DNA from: Promethearchaeati archaeon
GTDB taxonomy: Archaea > Asgardarchaeota > Heimdallarchaeia > JABLTI01
Reading direction: 5' to 3'
Length of the DNA stretch: 12,005 nucleotides
NCBI GenBank assembly: GCA_013166835.1
Contig: JABLTI010000082.1
Location: 1-12,005 of the forward strand
Each line of letters opens with the position of its first letter. Position 1 is the first letter of the stretch. Of the stretch, positions 5,753 through 12,005 are shown piece by piece. The notes beneath the pieces were generated by a model that worked only from the letters and a program-made list of their open reading frames with translations, ran no database searches and was not told the DNA's origin. The position numbers and the translations under genes were made by a program.

Positions 5753-7621
5753 TTGATTATTGAAGGGGAACCTTGTGATATTTCTGACACAATACTTGGA
5801 GTGTCAAAACAGCAATTAATAACTAATAAATATCGTTCAGCAAGACATTGGTTCTGGTCTGGTTTAAGACGATATCCTGGAATATTTCTAGTTTCTATAT
5901 TTTTCTTACTAATGTCAAGTATTCTAGGACTTGTCCCAAGTATATTTGTTGGTTGGGGAATTGACATTTTTACTGCAGAAGGATTTTCTATCACATTTCT
6001 TTGGATTGGATTATCTATCATTATAGGTGCTGTAATTAATTGGGCAACCAGCTTTTTTGGATCTTATATCTGGTCAGTAGCAGCTTTTAGAATAGAAAGA
6101 GATGTTCGTCAAGAATTCTTTGAGGTCATACAGGAACATTCAATGGCTTTTCATGATGAAAATGATTCAGGTGTACTATTATCTATGGGTATGAATGAAG
6201 TTGCTCAAATACGTCTTGCGTATCAGCCTGCATTTCGATTGTTGCTTAGTACCTTTCTAAATATTGCTTTAGCATGTGTATATTTTTTTGTTAAAATACC
6301 TATCGGAACTAGAAATATTGGTGTTGGTGTATGGGAAATTGGTTTAGGTGTTACAGCAATTTTTATTCTCTATTTCATACTTGCTTGGAGGTATGCTTCT
6401 AAAATTGGTCCTGTAAGAAGAGAATTATCTACTGAATTAGGTAGACTCTCTTCGGCTTCACAAGAAGTTTTCCGAGGAATTGAAGTTGTTCGCTCCTTTG
6501 ATAAAGAAAATACTGAAGAGAATAAGTTTCGAATAATAAATGACAATTATGCAGATTATGTTAAGAAAGAAGGATTTCTAAGTTCTTTTTATTGGCCATC
6601 CTTGCTAATAGTAATTGCTATGGGTATTTCATTTGGGGTGGGAATTTATCTAATTCCATTAGAGGTCATAACTTCTGGAGATCTTGCTGCAATGTTAACT
6701 TTGCTTTTCAGCTTACTAACTTTTAATTTCATGGTACCCATGCGTTTATTAATGCTTCAAGCAGGTTTAGTCAATGCACAAAGAATATGGGATATAATAA
6801 CATATCGTGACCTCTTAGAGGAACCTCCCGTACCTTTAGTTGCTGAATGGGATAAAAATATCATTTTTAACAATGTTTCATTTAAGTATCCAAATACTGA
6901 GAAATTTGTATTAAAGAACATTAATTTCACAATTCCTCCAGGTTCACGAGTAGCTCTAATTGGTGGTCCTGGATCTGGGAAGAGCAGTATTCTAAAATTA
7001 TTATTGCGTTTATATGACACAACGGAAGGAGATATTATACTAAATGGTTGTGCTTTAAGAGATATGGCTACAATAGATGTGAGAAGAGATATCACACTTG
7101 TAGAACAAGATATCTTCTTATTCTCAGCATCTATTAAAGATAATATAGCTTTCTCAAAACCAAACGCTACATTTGAAGAGATTCGAATAGCTGCAAGGAG
7201 AGCTCAAGCATTAAACTTTATAGAAGCATCGCCTGATGGTTTTGATACTCCAATAAGTGAACGAGGAGTTACACTTTCAGGTGGACAAAGACAAAGAATA
7301 GCAATTGCTCGAGCACTGCTAGCTGATCCAAAGTTGCTCTTACTTGATGATTCAACTAGTGCTGTTGATGTGAAAACTGAAGCTCGTTTACGTTTAGCTA
7401 TGGAGGAGTTAATTAAAGGTCGAACTTCAATAATCGTTACACAAAGATTGTCTACATTAGTTGAATCAGATCTAATTATTTTCTTAGAAAAAGGTGAAAT
7501 AGTTGATATTGGCTCTCATCAAGAGCTATTAGCTCGTTGTCCCAAATATCAATTCATGCTAAGTTATCTTCCAAGTGGTTCACAAATAGATGAAGTATTA
7601 AAAACTGGAGGAGTGAATTAG
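5753..7621 (+). CDS. ABC exporter half-transporter (TMD+NBD), subunit with degenerate catalytic residues
   Basis: About six hydrophobic helices, Walker A GGPGSGKS, Q-loop VEQDIFLF, signature LSGGQRQR, Walker B LLLLDD (D instead of E) and switch TQRLS (Q instead of H). The TTG start is uncertain. Confidence 0.93.
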   Translation: MIIEGEPCDISDTILGVSKQQLITNKYRSARHWFWSGLRRYPGIFLVSIFFLLMSSILGLVPSIFVGWGIDIFTAEGFSITFLWIGLSIIIGAVINWATSFFGSYIWSVAAFRIERDVRQEFFEVIQEHSMAFHDENDSGVLLSMGMNEVAQIRLAYQPAFRLLLSTFLNIALACVYFFVKIPIGTRNIGVGVWEIGLGVTAIFILYFILAWRYASKIGPVRRELSTELGRLSSASQEVFRGIEVVRSFDKENTEENKFRIINDNYADYVKKEGFLSSFYWPSLLIVIAMGISFGVGIYLIPLEVITSGDLAAMLTLLFSLLTFNFMVPMRLLMLQAGLVNAQRIWDIITYRDLLEEPPVPLVAEWDKNIIFNNVSFKYPNTEKFVLKNINFTIPPGSRVALIGGPGSGKSSILKLLLRLYDTTEGDIILNGCALRDMATIDVRRDITLVEQDIFLFSASIKDNIAFSKPNATFEEIRIAARRAQALNFIEASPDGFDTPISERGVTLSGGQRQRIAIARALLADPKLLLLDDSTSAVDVKTEARLRLAMEELIKGRTSIIVTQRLSTLVESDLIIFLEKGEIVDIGSHQELLARCPKYQFMLSYLPSGSQIDEVLKTGGVN

Positions 7622-7622
7622 T

Positions 7623-9659
7623 ATGAGTGGAGAAGGATCATCAGTAAATCGAGCAGCAACTCAAAAGAAGAAGAATACCAGACCTATCGGTCAACTTACT
7701 AGAGAATTATTAAAATATATTAAAAGATTTTCAGGGTTATTAATTGCTACTGGAGTAATTAGTATTCTTTATGCCGCAATTCAACTTGTGAATCCATTAC
7801 TTCTCTCACAAGGAATTGACTTAATTACTCTTGATACAATTTCAATTGACAATGGGAGTATATTCGTTGAATTAAGAGAAGGACTAACAGTTCCTCTGTT
7901 CTCAGTTATTGGTGGATTCGTTGGTATTTTCATCGGATTAGGTTTAATTGGTTTTATATTACAATCCTTTAGCACTCGTCTTCTTACAAGAGTCAGAGCT
8001 AGCATGATTAAGAATATTCGGAATGATATTTATCACAAATTAATAAATTCCTCTATGTCTTATTTGAAGAAAGAACAAAGTGGGAACATTACTGCAAGAA
8101 TAACAAGTGATACAGAGGAAATTGGCACAGGAATACAAGTAATTGTTAATGTTGGCATTCAATCTATGTTGTTAATTGCTACTTTAGTTTTATTAGTAGC
8201 TAGAACAGGTTGGCAAATTACACTTATTACAATTGGTACAGTCCCTGCAGCACTTGTTTTGAGCCTTGTTTTTAGCAAGATAGGTCGTAGAATTATCCTA
8301 AATATACGTCAAGCTTTTGGTGAAGTTTCCGGTAAAATGGCGGAGAGTATTGCTGGTATAGCAATTAGTAAATCATTTGTTCAAGAAAAAAGTCAAGCAC
8401 AACAAATGCGTGTATTAAATGATACGCATTATAAAATGAATATTAAATTCGGTTTGATGGTCAACATAGTTTTCCCATTAATTGGAATGATAGCTTCAGT
8501 AGCAACTGCTGCAATCTTGTTAGCTAGTGGTGCAATTAGTCTTTCACCTGGAGAAATATTCCTTGGGGTTACATTAGCAAATCAATTCTTACTTCCAGTA
8601 ATTATCTTATCATTTTCGTTTCCACAATTACAATCTGCTTTAGGAGCATTGGATCGAGTGATAGATGTTCTAGAAGCTACGCCAGCGATACCAGATAAAG
8701 ATGATGTAATTCCCCAAAAATCAGGAGATAGATCAGTAACCTTCGAAAAGGTTTGGTTTGCATACAATAATGAAGACTGGGTATTAAAGGATATAAGTTT
8801 TGAAGCAAATGATGGGGAAATCATTGCATTAGTTGGACATACTGGAGCAGGAAAAACAACGATTGCTGGTATGCTTATCCCAAGATTTTATGATATACAG
8901 AAAGGATCGATTAAGATAGGAGACCAAGATATAAGAGACATTACTCAAACATCTCTTCGTAATACTCTTGGTCTTATTCCACAAGAACCCTTTCTTTTCT
9001 CATCGACAGTTATAGAAAATATACGTTATGGGAAACCTGATGCAACAGATGATGAAGTTTTAGAAATTTGTAGATTAATAGGTGCAGATGCATTCATCGA
9101 AGCTCTGCCTGATGGTTATAACACAGAAGTTCAAGAAGGTGGAAAACAACTCTCTGCTGGTCAAAGACAAATGATTACAATTGCTCGAACTATGTTGGCT
9201 GATCCAGAAATCCTTATTCTTGATGAAGCAACCTCAAGATTAGATACCTATACTGAATCCTTAATTCAAGAAGCACAAGAAAAGTTGTTTAAAAATAGAA
9301 CAACATTTGTGATTGCACATAGGTTATCAACAATTCATAATGCTGATAAGATTATCGTTCTAGATCATGGACAATTAATAGAAGAAGGAAACCATGAAGA
9401 GTTAATGAAATTAAATGGTACTTATGCGGATGTTTATCGCACCTATTACGCATTTCAAGGACTTGAGAAAATAGATCTACAGAAATTCATTGATGAGAAA
9501 GAAGATGTCGAGTTAGCACCATTGGCTATGCTTGAAAGAGGATTACTTGATGATGAAGCTATCAATAAGCTCATGGCTGAAGGTAAAATAACTCCTGAAA
9601 TAATGACTAGAATGAAACAAGAAAAGGAAAAAACTGAAAGTGGAGCTGCTGCTAGATAG
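7623..9659 (+). CDS. ABC exporter half-transporter (TMD+NBD), subunit with consensus catalytic residues and a C-terminal extension
   Basis: Walker A GHTGAGKT, PQEPFLF, signature LSAGQRQM, Walker B ILILDE and switch AHRLST. It starts 1 nt after the upstream stop (TAG-T-ATG), consistent with translational coupling. Confidence 0.94.
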   Translation: MSGEGSSVNRAATQKKKNTRPIGQLTRELLKYIKRFSGLLIATGVISILYAAIQLVNPLLLSQGIDLITLDTISIDNGSIFVELREGLTVPLFSVIGGFVGIFIGLGLIGFILQSFSTRLLTRVRASMIKNIRNDIYHKLINSSMSYLKKEQSGNITARITSDTEEIGTGIQVIVNVGIQSMLLIATLVLLVARTGWQITLITIGTVPAALVLSLVFSKIGRRIILNIRQAFGEVSGKMAESIAGIAISKSFVQEKSQAQQMRVLNDTHYKMNIKFGLMVNIVFPLIGMIASVATAAILLASGAISLSPGEIFLGVTLANQFLLPVIILSFSFPQLQSALGALDRVIDVLEATPAIPDKDDVIPQKSGDRSVTFEKVWFAYNNEDWVLKDISFEANDGEIIALVGHTGAGKTTIAGMLIPRFYDIQKGSIKIGDQDIRDITQTSLRNTLGLIPQEPFLFSSTVIENIRYGKPDATDDEVLEICRLIGADAFIEALPDGYNTEVQEGGKQLSAGQRQMITIARTMLADPEILILDEATSRLDTYTESLIQEAQEKLFKNRTTFVIAHRLSTIHNADKIIVLDHGQLIEEGNHEELMKLNGTYADVYRTYYAFQGLEKIDLQKFIDEKEDVELAPLAMLERGLLDDEAINKLMAEGKITPEIMTRMKQEKEKTESGAAAR

Positions 9660-9660
9660 A

Positions 9661-9674
9661 TTTTTTCTTTTTTT
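9661..9674 (+). terminator. Oligo-T tract (archaeal-type terminator)
   Basis: TTTTTTCTTTTTTT directly after stop 9659. Confidence 0.55.
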
Positions 9675-9746
9675 CAAAAGTCTTTTATCATGTAAATTAA
9701 AAGCAAAGTTATATTAGTTGTGTAGCATAATTTCTAATTGATTACA

Positions 9747-10253
9747 ATGGTAAAAGCAATAGTACTCTATAATTCACGTACTGGTAGTACAGAGAAAGTA
9801 GCAAAGAAAATTGCTGAAGGATTAGGTGCTGAATATCGAAGCAACAAAAACATACCAGACTTAAAGAATTATGATTTAGTGGTTACAGGTTCTTGGGTAA
9901 TCATGGGTATGCTTAGTTTTGCTGGTAAGAGATACCTAAGGAAATTACGTCGAAAAAACATTGCTGGGAAGAAAATTGCTCTCTTCTTCACAAGTGGATC
10001 ACCAGATGATATCCATCCATTCACAGAAAATAGTGAAAATCCAAGAACAGTAAAGCAAATCATGTTTGAATCCATGGAGAAAATCTTAGTAAAGAATAAG
10101 GATATCACTATTCTTCAAGATCGTTTCTATTGTAAGGGTATTGTAAAAATGACTAAGAAAGGTGAAGTAAAAGCCAATCCTGATCATCCAACCGAAGAAG
10201 ATCTATCAAAAGCAAAAGCTTTTGGAGAAAAACTGAAAAAACAACTCACTTGA
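9747..10253 (+). CDS. Flavodoxin family protein
   Basis: MVKAIVLYNSRTGSTEKVAKKIAEGL, YDLVVTGS, GKKIALFFTSG, FYCKG and HPTEEDLSKAKAFG. ATG 9747 is preferred over TTG 9738. Possible TATA (TTATAT) at 9709-9714. Confidence 0.88.
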   Translation: MVKAIVLYNSRTGSTEKVAKKIAEGLGAEYRSNKNIPDLKNYDLVVTGSWVIMGMLSFAGKRYLRKLRRKNIAGKKIALFFTSGSPDDIHPFTENSENPRTVKQIMFESMEKILVKNKDITILQDRFYCKGIVKMTKKGEVKANPDHPTEEDLSKAKAFGEKLKKQLT

Positions 10254-10326
10254 AAATTTTTTGGACTTTCAAAAGTGGTCTATAGACTTAAGATTAAACC
10301 ATTCTTGATTACTTTTTGTGTTTTTT

Positions 10327-11346
10327 ATGAAAGAGATCAAGTTTAAAGGATCATATTATGATATAGGATACAACAATGGCAAGTATCTTATTCCAGAGAA
10401 AAAGAACGGCTTTCCTCCTAAATTTTCCCAAGAAAATCTAGAAAAATCAAAGGCTTATGAGAAGGAACTGCAAAAGTTCACACCTGATTTACTTGAGGAA
10501 ATTCGAGGAGTTGCTGATGGGTGTGGTGTAGACTTTCAAGAAATTCTTGCTTTCGAGTTTACTCCTTATAGATTGAAGCCGCAATGCTTAGTTTTCGCTA
10601 TCACAGGTGAACATACCAAATCGGATAATCCTCTCCTTGTGAGAAATCATGAGTGGTTAGAAGAGGACAGTAAAAATTTACGGGTTCTAACAATCAAACC
10701 AAGCAAAAAGTTAGCTAGTTATGGTTTTACTTTTAGCTGGTCCTTAACTTCTCGGTATGGTGGTATAAATGAAGCAGGACTAGCAATATCTTCTGCTTCA
10801 GCATCATTCCAATACACAAGTCCAGGTTTAATGTTTAATGCAGCTAAAAGATGGATTCTAGATAACTGTAAAACAACAGAAGAGGCTGTGGAATTCATAA
10901 AAGATATACCTAAAGTTTGGGGAACTAATTATCTAATGATAGACAAAAATGAAACCATTGCAAAATTAGAAACTCATAAAGAAAAGACAATAGTCACCTA
11001 TCCTAAGGATTTTGATATGATAACAATGACTTATGAAGCTCCAGAAATGAGAAAACTCCATCCAAATGAATCACCAAATGTTCTCAAGTTATTTGATGAT
11101 AGGAGGAAATTCTTGGATAATTGGTTTGCAGAAAATAAAGGATCAATAACAGAAGAATCTATCTATGAAATTTTAAGAGATTGTGAAAACAAACTACACT
11201 ACCATGACAAAGCTCCAAATGGAACCTATGGTACATGCTGGTCTTGGATTGTTTCACCAAAATCAGACACAGCCTTGATTAGTCTAGGACCTCCGTGTAA
11301 AAATGAGTTTTCTTCATACACCATAGATTATAACTTTAGTTCCTAA
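10327..11346 (+). CDS. Peptidase C45 family (acyl-CoA:6-APA acyltransferase-like Ntn hydrolase)
   Basis: GSYYDIGYNNG, LLEEIRGVADG, Q|CLVFA (putative nucleophile Cys at 10585-10587), RNHEW, GGINEAGLAIS, RWILDNCKTTEEAV, NYLMID and terminal GPPC. ATG 10327 is preferred. Confidence 0.9.
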   Translation: MKEIKFKGSYYDIGYNNGKYLIPEKKNGFPPKFSQENLEKSKAYEKELQKFTPDLLEEIRGVADGCGVDFQEILAFEFTPYRLKPQCLVFAITGEHTKSDNPLLVRNHEWLEEDSKNLRVLTIKPSKKLASYGFTFSWSLTSRYGGINEAGLAISSASASFQYTSPGLMFNAAKRWILDNCKTTEEAVEFIKDIPKVWGTNYLMIDKNETIAKLETHKEKTIVTYPKDFDMITMTYEAPEMRKLHPNESPNVLKLFDDRRKFLDNWFAENKGSITEESIYEILRDCENKLHYHDKAPNGTYGTCWSWIVSPKSDTALISLGPPCKNEFSSYTIDYNFSS

Positions 11347-11480
11347 CAATAGTAATGGGTCATGTTTATCATACACCCAGCTTTTTCTCTTAGAAACTGT
11401 TTCTTAACTATTAAGAGAGATTACTTAAGTAAAATTGTGCATATAATAAAATATAGAAAAGGTACAGGTTAGATGTGTTA

Positions 11481-12005
11481 ATGAAGCAAAAGAGGAAATA
11501 TTTTACAATATTGATTGTATTTGTGATTTTTTTATCAACTCTACAATCAGTTCAGGGAAATCAAGCTTCTTGGAATGAAGGGAGTAAATACACTTGGTTA
11601 ACTTATTCAAGATTCGGATCTCATTATGAAAATGAGACTGCTACATGGGATTATTATTATTTCGGCCTTAATCACAGATTAGAATCGAAAATACTGGATA
11701 TTAATTCCTTGGAAAAAGAAGTGAGTCTTGAAGAATCTTGGTATTTCACTCCTAGCGCAGATAAACCGTTCACAGTACAAGAAGTTGAACATTCATATGA
11801 CTTAATTGGTGGCTTAGCAAGTAAAGATGTTATCAGTTTATTTCATTTCATTTATGAGTTTGATGATATTGAAAATGAAACTTATTTGAGTGATGTTCAG
11901 GTAAACAACGGTGAAACCCGATTTCCTATTAGATACTTTTGCACTGCAGATTGGGGCATAACAAACAGTCTTATACAAGCAGTTTTTGATAATTCGATTG
12001 TTATT
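11481..12005 (+). CDS. Secreted hypothetical protein (5' part; truncated by the window edge)
   Basis: Open frame of 175 codons from ATG 11481 to the end: MKQKRKYFTILIVFVIFLSTLQSVQG|NQASWNEGSKYTW... Basic N-terminus, hydrophobic core, V-Q-G cleavage-like site and two NET sequons. Absent from the ORF track because no stop falls in the window. Confidence 0.85.
   Translation, partial: MKQKRKYFTILIVFVIFLSTLQSVQGNQASWNEGSKYTWLTYSRFGSHYENETATWDYYYFGLNHRLESKILDINSLEKEVSLEESWYFTPSADKPFTVQEVEHSYDLIGGLASKDVISLFHFIYEFDDIENETYLSDVQVNNGETRFPIRYFCTADWGITNSLIQAVFDNSIVI

Noticed and set aside
5692-8824. Minus-strand ORFs 5692-6021, 6757-7095, 7781-8005 and 8582-8824
   Set aside because: All are antisense to the well-supported ABC transporter genes.
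9869-10108. Minus-strand 79-aa ORF
   Set aside because: Antisense shadow of the second flavodoxin gene.
10264-10292. Short palindromes ACTTT-CA-AAAGT and GTCTATAGAC (10278-10287) before the C45 gene
   Set aside because: Too short to distinguish from chance, and no second copy was seen in the window.
10327-11346. Penicillin biosynthesis (isopenicillin N acyltransferase)
   Set aside because: The C45 family is widespread with other or unknown substrates, and no ACV synthetase or IPNS is present.
1-12005. Complete TOMM/azole RiPP cluster, CRISPR array, tRNA/rRNA, IS element or defence system
   Set aside because: No YcaO or precursor peptide, repeat-spacer periodicity, GC-rich structured RNA-like segment, transposase or nuclease motifs were seen by eye.

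Overview
AT-rich prokaryotic window, most likely archaeal. The archaeal call is an inference from TATA-like boxes ~25-35 nt before starts, AGGTGA Shine-Dalgarno motifs, oligo-T gene ends and Thr/Asn-rich membrane-anchored surface proteins; the style suggests Asgard/Heimdallarchaeia. Intact + strand genes in order: a GH127 beta-L-arabinofuranosidase-like enzyme fused to an extra ~150-aa N-terminal HExxE...H domain; a SagB/ThcOx-type nitroreductase-fold dehydrogenase with an extra C-terminal domain; a flavodoxin-fold protein; a heterodimeric type IV ABC exporter pair; a second flavodoxin; a C45 (Ntn-hydrolase) peptidase/acyltransferase; and a secreted protein running off the right edge that the ORF track omits. 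Manual translation shows two pseudogenes the ORF track does not resolve. One is a ~273-codon minus-strand surface glycoprotein (3737-4556; 2 nonsense codons, 2 frameshifts). The other is an internally deleted DUF1761-like membrane protein remnant (5388-5573; 3 nonsense codons). I found no RNA genes, CRISPR arrays or mobile elements, and no complete novel multi-gene system is supported. The best leads are the unusual domain fusions and the local gene decay.
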